Below, piece by piece: positions 9,987 through 19,393 of a stretch of DNA of 64,000 nt. Numbering within the stretch: position 1 is the stretch's first letter; each line of letters opens with the position of its first letter. This stretch comes from Gemmatimonas sp. (GTDB taxonomy: Bacteria > Gemmatimonadota > Gemmatimonadetes > Gemmatimonadales > Gemmatimonadaceae): assembly GCA_965279375.1 (NCBI GenBank), contig OZ257156.1, forward strand, positions 4,032,001-4,096,000, given 5' to 3'. Under the pieces are notes generated by a model that did not search any database, was not told where the DNA came from, and saw only the letters and a program-made list of their open reading frames with translations. The position numbers were made by a program, and so were the translations under genes.

Positions 9987-11819
9987 GTGCTGCAATCGAT
10001 GCGGAGCGCCGCGAAATACATCTGGATCATCCTCATCGTGGCGTTCGTCGGCAGCTTCCTGCTGTATGAGACGTCGGGTCTGGCGGGACGCGCTCCCGTG
10101 ACGACCTCGACCGCCGTAGGTTCGGTCAACGGTGAAGACATCCTGCTGACGACGTGGCAGAACGCGGTTACCAATCTCGAGCAGTCCGAGCAGCAGCGTC
10201 TCGGACAGGCCATCACGCTCGACCAGCGCCGCACCCTCGAAGACAATGCGTTCGAGCAGCTCGTCAACGAGGTGTTGTTGCAGCAGGAGTACAAGCGTCG
10301 CGGCATCACGGTTACAGACGACGAAATCCTCGAAGCGGCACGCGTTGCCCCGCCACCGCAGGCGGCGCAGTCGCCCGAGCTGCAGACGGACGGCCGTTTC
10401 GACATCGAGAAGTACCGCCGCCTGATCGCCAGCCCGATGGCGCGCCAGTCAGGCATGCTGGCCGGTCTCGAGGCGTACTACCGCACCGAGATCCCCAAGC
10501 AGAAGCTCTTCGATCAGATCTCCTCGGACGTCTTCGTGACCGACGAGCGCGTGTGGCAGACCTATAAGGATCGCCACGACTCGACGCAGGTCAGCTTCGT
10601 GCTGCTGCGCCCCGAGACGCTGACGGACACGAACGTCACCGTCACGGACGCTGAGATCTCGCAGTTCTACGAGCGCAACAAGAAGCGCTTCGAGCGCCCG
10701 GCTCGTGCCGTTGTGTCACTCCTTTCCGTATCGCGCACGGTCACGCCGTCGGATTCGGCCGAAGCGAAGGCGCACATCGAGAAGATCCGCGCCGAACTCG
10801 CGACGGGCGCCAAGTTCGAAGACGTCGCCAAGCGCGAGTCGATGGACAGCGTTTCCGGCGCGCAGGGTGGCGCGTTGGGCAAGGGGCCGAAGGGTCGTTT
10901 CACGCCCAAGTTCGAGGACGTGGCCTTCACGCTCAAGACGGGCGAGATCTCGCAGCCCGTACTGACGCCGTTCGGCTGGCACATCATCAAGCTGATGGGC
11001 CGCACGGGCGACACGCTCGACCTGAGCCACATCCTGATCAACATCACGCAGAGTGATTCGTCGGCGACGCGTACCGATCGTCGCGCCGACTCGCTGGCCA
11101 GCCAGGCGGGCAGCCTGGAAGACCCCAAGAAGTTCGACGCCGCCGCCAAGGCGCTCGGTCTGACGCCGGCATCCGCCGTCGCGATCGAGAAGGAGCCGCT
11201 GACGTTCGCCGGCCGCTATGTGCCGAGCGTGAGCGCGTGGGCGTTCTCTGGTGTGCGTGCGGGTGAGACGAGCGATCTGTTCGATGCACCCGAGGCGTAC
11301 TATCTCGCGCGTCTCGACTCGCTGACGCCGTCGGGCACGCAGTCGCTCGCGGAGGTCAAGAACGAGATCCGCGGTCGCCTCGCTCGCGACAAGCGAATCG
11401 AGAAGCTTCGCCCGGCCGCCGAGCAGCTCATCGCGGCCGCCAAGTCTTCGTCGCTCGAAGCTGCCGCTGCGTCACGTCAGCTGACGGTCGAGAAGTCGAA
11501 GATGTTCACGCGCGTCGATGCAGTGCCGGGCATCGGTCAGTTCAATCAGGGCATCGGCGCATCGTTCACCGCGCCGGTCGGACAGATCGCCGGTCCAGTC
11601 ACTGGCGCCGATGGTATGCTCGTGATTCGCGTCGATGCGCGTACGCAGGCCGACAAGGTCGCCTTCGAAGCGCAGAAGCTCGAACAGAAGGCGCAGCTCA
11701 CGAACTCGCTGCGTCAGCAGCGCGTCGAGGAGTTCCTCACGGGACTTCGCCAGAGCGTGAAGGTGGACGATCAGCGCACCAAGGTTCTCTCGCAGCTGCG
11801 CCGCCAGTCGGGCACCTGA
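9987..11819 (+). CDS. PpiD/SurA-like membrane-anchored peptidyl-prolyl isomerase/chaperone
   Basis: AAGGAG RBS before GTG; N-terminal TM anchor, SurA_N-like VGSVNGEDI, parvulin motifs FEDVAKRESMD..GGALG, ISQPVLTPFGWHII, SHILI. Confidence 0.88.
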   Translation: MLQSMRSAAKYIWIILIVAFVGSFLLYETSGLAGRAPVTTSTAVGSVNGEDILLTTWQNAVTNLEQSEQQRLGQAITLDQRRTLEDNAFEQLVNEVLLQQEYKRRGITVTDDEILEAARVAPPPQAAQSPELQTDGRFDIEKYRRLIASPMARQSGMLAGLEAYYRTEIPKQKLFDQISSDVFVTDERVWQTYKDRHDSTQVSFVLLRPETLTDTNVTVTDAEISQFYERNKKRFERPARAVVSLLSVSRTVTPSDSAEAKAHIEKIRAELATGAKFEDVAKRESMDSVSGAQGGALGKGPKGRFTPKFEDVAFTLKTGEISQPVLTPFGWHIIKLMGRTGDTLDLSHILINITQSDSSATRTDRRADSLASQAGSLEDPKKFDAAAKALGLTPASAVAIEKEPLTFAGRYVPSVSAWAFSGVRAGETSDLFDAPEAYYLARLDSLTPSGTQSLAEVKNEIRGRLARDKRIEKLRPAAEQLIAAAKSSSLEAAAASRQLTVEKSKMFTRVDAVPGIGQFNQGIGASFTAPVGQIAGPVTGADGMLVIRVDARTQADKVAFEAQKLEQKAQLTNSLRQQRVEEFLTGLRQSVKVDDQRTKVLSQLRRQSGT

Positions 11820-11836
11820 TCGAGGGAAGGACAACG

Positions 11837-11873
11837 CAAAGCCCCCGTGATCGCGATGATCACGGGGGCTTTG
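11837..11873. terminator. Bidirectional intrinsic terminator between convergent ppiD and tatA
   Basis: Perfect 16-bp inverted repeat CAAAGCCCCCGTGATC-gcgat-GATCACGGGGGCTTTG. Confidence 0.85.
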
Positions 11874-11927
11874 TATTGCTCGTCAGTCAGAGAAGCACGC
11901 CGAACTTCGACGTGACTCCCAGCTATT

Positions 11928-12179
11928 TCAGCTGATCAGCCGCTTGGGCTCGGGGCGCTCTTCCTCTCGCACCGGCTCGGCCGAGCCAGAAGCGACACGA
12001 TCATTACGTGGCGCAGGCTCCGTGATCTGGCGCTGTGCGTCGCTGATGTTCCGCTTGAACTCGTTGATGCCCTTTCCGAGCGAACCCGCGATCTCGGGGA
12101 TGCGCTTGGCGCCGAAGAGGAGCAGCACGATGACGAGAATGATGAGAATCTCGCCGAAACCAAAGTTGCCAAAATTCAT
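11928..12179 (-). CDS. tatA: Twin-arginine translocase TatA/E subunit
   Basis: GFGEILIILVIVLLLFGAKRIPEIAGSLGKGINEFK. Confidence 0.95.
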   Translation of the reverse strand: MNFGNFGFGEILIILVIVLLLFGAKRIPEIAGSLGKGINEFKRNISDAQRQITEPAPRNDRVASGSAEPVREEERPEPKRLIS

Positions 12180-12188
12180 GAGGGGCTC

Positions 12189-12467
12189 CTAGAACAGGGA
12201 CCGCGCGATAAGGTAGGCGATCAACACCCCCAGCAGACTCAACAACGAGACGTCCAGGGCAACGGGTCCAACCGCGAACTTCAATATAATCAAGTCGATC
12301 GGCAGCGGACCGATAGAGGGCGTGACGCCAGTCGTGAGAAATTCTTTGACCGCGCCCGCCGGGAGAAAACGCCGAGCCACTTGTGTGAGGAGCCCACCGG
12401 CGACGAAGCCGCTGGCAAGGACGAGCACATGAAACACCGGCCGGTGTTTCGAAGGTCCACGGGCCAT
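12189..12467 (-). CDS. Small membrane protein (DUF4321-like)
   Basis: Two hydrophobic segments around PIDLIILKFAVG; ATG overlaps upstream stop (TGATG). Confidence 0.7.
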   Translation of the reverse strand: MARGPSKHRPVFHVLVLASGFVAGGLLTQVARRFLPAGAVKEFLTTGVTPSIGPLPIDLIILKFAVGPVALDVSLLSLLGVLIAYLIARSLF

Positions 12468-13471
12468 CACCAGCGCCGCTGCACGACGTACGAAATCGCG
12501 TCCACGAGGGCGGAACGGGCTGGGCTTTCGGGAAGGTCGGCGAGCGACTCCTCCGCTTCGCGCGCGAACTGATCTCCGCGACGACGGGCGTACTCGAGGC
12601 CACCGTTCGCCCGGACAATGCCGATCACCTCGGCGATGGCGTCGTCTTCGGGCTCGGTCGACGCGAACAACGCCTCGACACGTGTGCGATCGCTGCCGGA
12701 CATTTCACGGAGCGCGGCGATGAGTGGTAGCGTGACCTTGTGCTCCTTGAGATCGAGACCACCGGGCTTGCCGGTCATCTCCTGCCCTTCCGTGTAGTCG
12801 AGCAGATCGTCGGCCACCTGGAACGCCATGCCGAGACGTTCGCCGTAACGAACCAGCGCATCGCGGTGGCGCGGGGCGCCGCACAGCGCGCCTACGTCGC
12901 ACGCGGCCACGAAGAGCGAGGCCGTCTTGGCCCGAATGAGCGTTTCGTAGTCTCGCTCGGTGAATGCCAGCGCATCGAACGCGGAGAGCTGTCGCATCTC
13001 GCCGAGCGTCATCTCGTTGGAGGCATTGGTAATGGCACCCATCGCCTCGAGATCGCCGAGCCGCACGAGTTCGCGAAGTGCGCGAAGATACAGATAGTCG
13101 CCCATGATCACCGAGACCTGGTGACTGAAGAGCGAATTCACCGTGGGCATGCCGCGACGCAGCGCGGAGTGATCCACCGCATCGTCGTGCACGAGCGTCG
13201 CAAGGTGGATCAACTCAACCACCGCGGCATACGTGACGGCTCGTGGCTGCGACCGATCTTCCACGGCGCTCGAGAGGAGGAGCAGCGTCGGGCGAAAGAG
13301 TTTCCCCTTCATGCCCATCAGATGCTCCTGCACCTCCTGCACGAGCGGCACGTCGGCGGACACAATGCGCCAGAGTTCCTGCGACACCGCGCCGAGTTGG
13401 TGATGAATCGGCGACTGGATGTCACGGAGCGCGGCGGCGAGTGCCGTCGGAGTGCGAGTGGTCAGCGTCAT
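12467..13471 (-). CDS. Polyprenyl diphosphate synthase (IspB-like)
   Basis: GKLFRP, ELIHLATLVHDDAVD..RRG, KTASLF, AFQVADDLLD. Confidence 0.94.
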   Translation of the reverse strand: MTLTTRTPTALAAALRDIQSPIHHQLGAVSQELWRIVSADVPLVQEVQEHLMGMKGKLFRPTLLLLSSAVEDRSQPRAVTYAAVVELIHLATLVHDDAVDHSALRRGMPTVNSLFSHQVSVIMGDYLYLRALRELVRLGDLEAMGAITNASNEMTLGEMRQLSAFDALAFTERDYETLIRAKTASLFVAACDVGALCGAPRHRDALVRYGERLGMAFQVADDLLDYTEGQEMTGKPGGLDLKEHKVTLPLIAALREMSGSDRTRVEALFASTEPEDDAIAEVIGIVRANGGLEYARRRGDQFAREAEESLADLPESPARSALVDAISYVVQRRW

Positions 13472-16400
13472 GACGCTACCTGCTCGAGCGCCGCCATTCG
13501 GGCGGCAACATCGCGGAAATTGATATCGGTGGCGTACACGCGCTGAAAATAGCTCCGAGCCTCACCCCACCGCTGCAGGGCTTCACACGAATATGCCAAA
13601 AGATAGAGCACTCCGATCCGCTGCTCGTCATTGAGCCCCGGCTCGTGCAGCGCCCGCGAAAGTACCGTTGCCGCAATCTGGAAGCGTCCCTGCTCCACGA
13701 AACATTGACCCAGCGCCTCGTACGCCGGTAGACGGTGCGCCTTGCTGCGTAGCGCCTTCTGGAACTCCGCGATGGCATCATCGAGCAATCCCATCTCCTT
13801 GAACGCTACCCCGAGATCGTACCGACTCTCGTAATCCTCCTCACCCAATGAACGCGAGACCCCCTCCTTGAAGTGCCTGAGGAGTGCATCAAAGTCCGCT
13901 TGTTCATCGCCGCTGACCTCCGGCTCCCGCATCCGCATACGCGTCGAGGCGGGAGCATCGTCGTCGCGGAGCCAGTCCGCGAGGTTGACGAAGCCTTCGG
14001 CGACGGGTGCTGCTACCGCCGTCGGCAATGGAGGTGCCGCCGAACCCAATGCCGCACGGGCGCGGTCGTCGCGAGGATCGATTTCCAGCACGCGCACGTA
14101 CACCGCCTGCGCCCGACCCTCCTCCCCGCTCCGTACCAACGTATCCGCGAGGTCAAGGTAGGCAAAGCGCAAGCGCTGCTGATCTTTCAGCCGGACGGCC
14201 AATTCCACCCGTTTCTGGTGATACGCCACCCGATCCGGGGAGATGCGCACCAACTCCTCCGACAAATCCGCTGCCGTCTCGAGCTGACCGCCTTGCGCGA
14301 ATCCGTTGAGCGACGCCTCCATCTCGGACAGTCCCGCGTCCCGCTGCCCGGCCTCGAAGAGCGCTTCCGCGAGCCGGCGGCGAAGCCCCCAGTCCTGCGG
14401 CTCGGCGGCCACGGCGGCGCGCAGTTCGTCGCGGCGGGAGAGGGCAACCTGCTTCGCTTCGGCGGCGACGGCTGCGATAGGCAGCGCCGGTGTGAGCCGA
14501 ACGGCGGACCGCACGGCGATCGGCGCCGTCTCAATTGGCGCGTCAACCGCGTCGATGATGGAAGAATGGAGCGGAGTGGCGGTGCGATCGGCGTGGCTCT
14601 CCGATTCGCTCGCGACACCACCGTTGTCCGCGATCGCATCGGAGGCAACCAATTCGGAGCTGGCTGACTCCGTCGCGGTCGCGGGTACCGCCGCGAGCGC
14701 GTGCGCTGGCGTCGGGAGCGCCTCGGCATCCGTCTCCGCAGTCCGCGCGTCGGAGGTCGGCGCGGACTCGGGTTCGTCCGCTCCGTCTGCGGCCTCGATA
14801 CTCGTGGCCGAGCCGAACTCGATCAGCTCGGACGCACTGGCGGGGTCCGCGGCGACGTCGAGTTGGGCCTCGTCGTGGACGGGGGCCTCGCCGACGAACG
14901 CCAGCTCCTGTGGCGCCCTTACGACCGCGGTTGATTCGACGATCGATGATTCGACGATCGATGATTCGTCGCTCGCGAACTCGACGTCAGCTGTCAAGGC
15001 AGCCGTTCCGGGCGCGACGGGCGTGCGCAGCGACGCGATCGCAATCGGCGTCGGCGTCGGCGTCGGCGTCGTGGTTACGGGCGTGGTGACTGGCGTGGCG
15101 ATCGGCGTGGCGATCGCCGCCTCCGCTCGCGCGTGCGCGGCGGCTGCGACGTCGGCGGCCGCGACTTCGGCGAGTTCGTGCTCGACCGCGCGGTCAAGGC
15201 CGGCGTTGACCAGATCGTCATCGACGAGAAGCGGGGGTAGCTCTCCCGGGAGAATGAAATCGTGTGGATCGAGTCGGTATGGCGGACGACGCTGCTGCGT
15301 GGTGGCGTCTGCCGCCATGCGTGCGACCAACTGCGCACCCGCCTCGATGGCCGCTTCGATCGACGGGATTTCGAGCGACCGCAACGGCGTGCGACTGGGT
15401 GTCCGGCTCGCGCTCCGTACGGGCGTAGGCGTAGCGCGACGCGGGACCTCAGGCATGGCCGATGCCGGCGTGGGTGCCGCAGCGACAACATCGACTGGCG
15501 ACGACTCGGCAGGCCGCGAGTGCTCAGTCGCCGCATCGGAATCGAGGGCATCAATCGCCGGCACGTCCACATCCGACGCACCGAAGTTCGAGGCCGTGTC
15601 AGCCTGCTCTGCAACGTCCGCAGGAGCGTCGGCGGACGTCTCGAACGACGACCCAAGGCCCTCACCGAGTGATTCGGCGACCGAGTCCACGGTGGACGAA
15701 GCGATTGGCGTCGGGATCGACGAGGGAGTCGCATGAGCATCGCTGACAGCGCCAGCGGCGAAACTCGCGATGAAGTCATCGTCCGAGTCCGCGTCTGCCG
15801 TCGAGTCGGATTCGTCGGCGGCTGAGACGTCCGTTGGGACGTCCATTGCGAGATCGCCGAAGACATCCGATACGACATCCGATGCGACATCCGATGCGAC
15901 ATTCGATGCGACATCCAACTCATCGGTGCGCGCCGCCCACTCCGCAGGGGGCATCGTCTCAGACAGCTCGGGCGCGTCTGACACATGCGCGGACTCCGCG
16001 GACGTCTCTTCGACCAGCGAGATGACGTCCGACGCCAAGTCCTCGTCGAAGGCCGTCAATTCGAGTTCGATCGCCGAGGTTGGCTCGTCGGTCCATTCGA
16101 TCAGCGGAAGTTCGATCGGCTCGAGATCCAGCAGCGGCAACGGAGACGATTCCTCGTCGTTGCCCTCCGTGTGCTCCAGCGACGCCGTATCGAATTCGAT
16201 GAGGTCCAGCGCACCCAGCTCGGCGGATTCATCCGGCAGATCCGCCATGACGTCGTGCTCGAACGCCAGCTCGTCTACCGCGCCGTCCGCCTCGGTCAGC
16301 TCGATGAACGGAAGCGAGCGCGCGACCGCGGGTGTAGGGATCGCAGTGCTCGGCGCAATCGGCGTGGGGTGCAGCGGGGCCGAGTCCGCGGACTCCGTGT

Positions 16401-17055
16401 TGCTGCGCGTCGAATAGGGCGGCGTACGACGCGCATTCGTGGCGCCGTAGTCCACCTCGAGGAAGACGAGATTCGACGACTTGTCGCTCTGATAGCGCGG
16501 CGAATCCGAGTCGGGAATGACTTCCGACGCCAATGGCGTCCGACGGCGTGGCAGCTGGACGCCGGCCCGCGCCGCATGCTCTTCGACGAGGCGGCTGACT
16601 TCGGTCAACTCCGGCATCAGCTCCGCGACTTCGCTCAGCGCGCGCATCGCTTCCTCGACGCGGCCTTCCTGCTGCATGCGCGCGGCGTACTCCAGGAAGT
16701 TGCGCGTCGCGTCACCACGCAGGCCCTTCTTGCCACAGATTCGTCCCAGCGTGAAGTACACGTTGGACCGACCGGGCGCATTGCGCAGGATCTTGTTGCA
16801 GAGCGCGATGGCGTTGTTGAAGAGGCCAGCGGTGGCGTAATGCTCTACCGCACGCTCGTAGTAGGTCACCGCGTCGGGCACTCGTCCCTGACGCAGCGCG
16901 AGGTCGCCCACCTTGTTCAGCAGCGCGACGTCAACGTCCTCGCCCTCAGACTCGCTCTCTTCGATCGCGCGAACGTACGACGCGATGGCCCGGTCGATCT
17001 GTTTCAGCTGCTCGAATTCAGCCGCTTTTTTCCGGTGCTTCGCGGCGTTGGACAT
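13468..17055 (-). CDS. Large multi-TPR protein with acidic linker (SgmX-like architecture)
   Basis: N-terminal TPRs (LLNKVGDL..GRVPDAVTYY, GLFNNAIALCNKILR), about 700-aa acidic/Thr-Pro linker, C-terminal FKEGV..EDYESRYDLGVAFKEMGLLDDAIAEFQKA TPR block ending DINFRDVAARM. Confidence 0.85.
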   Translation of the reverse strand: MSNAAKHRKKAAEFEQLKQIDRAIASYVRAIEESESEGEDVDVALLNKVGDLALRQGRVPDAVTYYERAVEHYATAGLFNNAIALCNKILRNAPGRSNVYFTLGRICGKKGLRGDATRNFLEYAARMQQEGRVEEAMRALSEVAELMPELTEVSRLVEEHAARAGVQLPRRRTPLASEVIPDSDSPRYQSDKSSNLVFLEVDYGATNARRTPPYSTRSNTESADSAPLHPTPIAPSTAIPTPAVARSLPFIELTEADGAVDELAFEHDVMADLPDESAELGALDLIEFDTASLEHTEGNDEESSPLPLLDLEPIELPLIEWTDEPTSAIELELTAFDEDLASDVISLVEETSAESAHVSDAPELSETMPPAEWAARTDELDVASNVASDVASDVVSDVFGDLAMDVPTDVSAADESDSTADADSDDDFIASFAAGAVSDAHATPSSIPTPIASSTVDSVAESLGEGLGSSFETSADAPADVAEQADTASNFGASDVDVPAIDALDSDAATEHSRPAESSPVDVVAAAPTPASAMPEVPRRATPTPVRSASRTPSRTPLRSLEIPSIEAAIEAGAQLVARMAADATTQQRRPPYRLDPHDFILPGELPPLLVDDDLVNAGLDRAVEHELAEVAAADVAAAAHARAEAAIATPIATPVTTPVTTTPTPTPTPIAIASLRTPVAPGTAALTADVEFASDESSIVESSIVESTAVVRAPQELAFVGEAPVHDEAQLDVAADPASASELIEFGSATSIEAADGADEPESAPTSDARTAETDAEALPTPAHALAAVPATATESASSELVASDAIADNGGVASESESHADRTATPLHSSIIDAVDAPIETAPIAVRSAVRLTPALPIAAVAAEAKQVALSRRDELRAAVAAEPQDWGLRRRLAEALFEAGQRDAGLSEMEASLNGFAQGGQLETAADLSEELVRISPDRVAYHQKRVELAVRLKDQQRLRFAYLDLADTLVRSGEEGRAQAVYVRVLEIDPRDDRARAALGSAAPPLPTAVAAPVAEGFVNLADWLRDDDAPASTRMRMREPEVSGDEQADFDALLRHFKEGVSRSLGEEDYESRYDLGVAFKEMGLLDDAIAEFQKALRSKAHRLPAYEALGQCFVEQGRFQIAATVLSRALHEPGLNDEQRIGVLYLLAYSCEALQRWGEARSYFQRVYATDINFRDVAARMAALEQVAS
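14932..14968. repeat. 15-bp coding tandem repeat (ESSIV)
   Basis: TGATTCGACGATCGA x2 plus partial copy. Confidence 0.8.
15047..15070. repeat. 6-bp coding tandem repeat (TP)4
   Basis: GGCGTC x4. Confidence 0.75.
15862..15916. repeat. 12-bp coding tandem repeat (DVAS/NVAS/DVVS)
   Basis: GACATCCGATGC-like unit, about 4.5 copies. Confidence 0.85.
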
Positions 17056-17139
17056 GCGTTCGAGGCGATCTCCGAGAGACTGAACGGGCGCCCATTCATC
17101 GGACGCAATGGAGCAGCTACAGGCGGTGGAAGCTAGAAA

Positions 17140-18396
17140 TCAGCCCCTCGCGGAACAAGCGTTCCCGCGTGCCCACGCCACTCGACAAAGACGCTCGCCG
17201 AACCAGTAAGGCAACGCGCGATAATCGTCTACGGCATGCACGGCGATGTCTGCGCTGAATCCCGGTGCCAGCTGTCCGGTTTGCTGCGCCAAGCCGAGTG
17301 CCGCAGCGCCGTTCACGGTCCCCGCAATCCACGCTTCGGCTGCCGACATGCGCAGCTCGCTGACCGCGAGCGTGAGAATGAGTGGAAAAGACTGCAGCGG
17401 AGACGTACCCGGGTTGAGATCGGTGGCAAGCGCGACTGCCGCGCCCGCATTGATCAAAGCGCGTGCCGGCGCCTGCCGTCCGGTGCCAAGAAAGAGCATC
17501 GTCGCCGGCAATAGCGTCGCCACTGTGTCAGAAGCGGCCAATGCTGAAACGCCGGACGCAGAGATGGCCGCAAGGTGATCTGTCGAGACAGCGCCGAGGG
17601 ATGCACCGAGCGCTGCACCACCGCCGTCGTGCAACTCGTCCGCGTGCAGTTTGGCGTGCAGGCCGAGCGACTGGGCTGCGGTCAGGAGCGTGCGAGTTTC
17701 GTCGAGCGTGAAGACGCCGGGCTCGCAGAACACGTCGGCAAACGCGGCCAGGCCCTCAGCGGCGACCTGCGGATAGATATCGTGGGTGATCTCCTCAATC
17801 CATGACGCGCGTCCGTTGGGCAGGTCGCGTCGATCAAAGGGGATCTCGTGCGCAGCAAGACAGGTGGCGACGATGCGCTGCTGGTTGCGCGCCGCCAAGC
17901 GTGCGATCACGCGCAACGTGCGCAGTTCATCGTGCGTGGACAGCCCGTAACCGGACTTGATCTCCACCGTGGTGACACCGCCCGCCGCCAGCTTTTCGAG
18001 ACGAGGCAGCGCGAGCGCGAAGAGTTCATCGTCACTGCGCGCGCGCAGGTCACGCACGGAGGAGTGAATCCCGCCACCGCGTCGCGCGATTTCGAGGTAC
18101 GGCACGCCTGTGGCACGCAGCTCCTGCTCCTCGTAGCGAGCCTTGCCGAACACCGTGTGCGTATGCGAATCAACGAAGCCCGGCGCGAGCAACCCGCGGT
18201 CACAGTCGATCTCGTTCGCGTCGGGATACGATCGACGCAGCGCCTCATCCGACTCAACCGCCACGATGCGATCGCCATCGACGGCCACGCCCACACCGCT
18301 GCGCACAGCCGCGTCCTGCATCTCTGCGCCGCGTCGCGCACGTGCCGGACCCTCGCAGGTGACGGTCTGCGCTGCGTTGACGAAGAGTGTGATCAT
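17140..18396 (-). CDS. hutI: Imidazolonepropionase
   Basis: PGFVDSHTH, GGGIHSSV, EIKSGYGL, DVFCEPGVF, LHADEL, ALATDLNPG. Confidence 0.96.
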   Translation of the reverse strand: MITLFVNAAQTVTCEGPARARRGAEMQDAAVRSGVGVAVDGDRIVAVESDEALRRSYPDANEIDCDRGLLAPGFVDSHTHTVFGKARYEEQELRATGVPYLEIARRGGGIHSSVRDLRARSDDELFALALPRLEKLAAGGVTTVEIKSGYGLSTHDELRTLRVIARLAARNQQRIVATCLAAHEIPFDRRDLPNGRASWIEEITHDIYPQVAAEGLAAFADVFCEPGVFTLDETRTLLTAAQSLGLHAKLHADELHDGGGAALGASLGAVSTDHLAAISASGVSALAASDTVATLLPATMLFLGTGRQAPARALINAGAAVALATDLNPGTSPLQSFPLILTLAVSELRMSAAEAWIAGTVNGAAALGLAQQTGQLAPGFSADIAVHAVDDYRALPYWFGERLCRVAWARGNACSARG

Positions 18397-18418
18397 CGGC
18401 GGCAGAGAGAGGGTGAGC

Positions 18419-19393
18419 CTACGCCATCACGTCGCGCACGCGGGACATCAGCCGGAGCGGCGCCTGCGCTTCGCCACGACACGCATAGTAGCAGGAATTG
18501 CAGTTGATCGGCTCGTAGCCCTTGTAGTCCTGCCACGGCCCATCGGCCGGAAAATCAGGGCAGCGCCGCACCAAACCTTGCGGATCGATGTGGATGGTGG
18601 TGCTCCCGCTCAGACACGGCTCGGTCATCTCGCCGCGCACGTATCGCGGGATCTGCTCGAGGTAGTAGTCCGAGTTGGTGATGACGCCACGCTTGCGCTG
18701 CTTGTACGCCAACAGCTGCGCAACCACGCGCTCCAAATCCGCCTGCTGCTGAGCGCCCACGAGATAATCCGTGTTGCCGTTCTTGAAGTCGGTGTAGAGC
18801 GAGAAATTCACGCCGCCACCCAACGCCGCAGCACGCTCGACGATCGGGAGAATCTGATCGAGGTTGTCGTTCTTGATGACGGTGTTGAAGCGTACGCTGC
18901 CGATGCCCGCCGCCTTCATGCGCGGCACGAGATCAAGAATCTTGGCCGACAGGCCGGGAATGCCACGTGCCGCATCGTGGCGCTCATCGAGATAGTCGAG
19001 CGAGATGTTGAACTGATCCACGCCGGCATCCCACAACGACTGTGCGCGCTCGAGCGACAGCATGGCACCGTGCGTAATGAGCTGCACGTAGGTGAGACTC
19101 ACCGCCTGGCGCACACCGGCCACGATGGCCTCGAGATCCTTGCGCAACGTGGGCTCGCCGCCTGTGAACGTGACCAGCATCGGCGAGAACTTTCGCGCGA
19201 TCTCGGCGAACTGCGCCACCTCGGTGTCACGCGTATCGCTTGGCGTCTTCCAGTAGTCGCAAAAGCCGCAGCGTGCGTTGCAGCGCATCGTCACTTCGAA
19301 ATTGAGCAAGACAGGACGACGTCGCGCGCGCAGCCAGGCGTACTTGCCGAGGAACAGCGGAACGTGCCACGGTCGGTATCGACTCGATAGCAT
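18419..19393 (-). CDS. Radical SAM protein with C-terminal SPASM/Twitch-like Cys cluster, function unknown
   Basis: CNARCGFC (CxxxCxxC), FTGGEP, ISLD..HDAARG, C-terminal PC-x17-C...CNSCYYAC. Confidence 0.9.
   Translation of the reverse strand: MLSSRYRPWHVPLFLGKYAWLRARRRPVLLNFEVTMRCNARCGFCDYWKTPSDTRDTEVAQFAEIARKFSPMLVTFTGGEPTLRKDLEAIVAGVRQAVSLTYVQLITHGAMLSLERAQSLWDAGVDQFNISLDYLDERHDAARGIPGLSAKILDLVPRMKAAGIGSVRFNTVIKNDNLDQILPIVERAAALGGGVNFSLYTDFKNGNTDYLVGAQQQADLERVVAQLLAYKQRKRGVITNSDYYLEQIPRYVRGEMTEPCLSGSTTIHIDPQGLVRRCPDFPADGPWQDYKGYEPINCNSCYYACRGEAQAPLRLMSRVRDVMA

Noticed and set aside
9987..11819. Parvulin as a Pin1-like reader of the neighbouring Thr-Pro arrays
   Set aside because: It has an N-terminal membrane anchor and PpiD-like periplasmic architecture, whereas the TPR proteins appear cytoplasmic.
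15862..15916. CRISPR-like repeat array
   Set aside because: Units are 12 bp, contiguous, spacerless and in-frame within a CDS; no cas genes.
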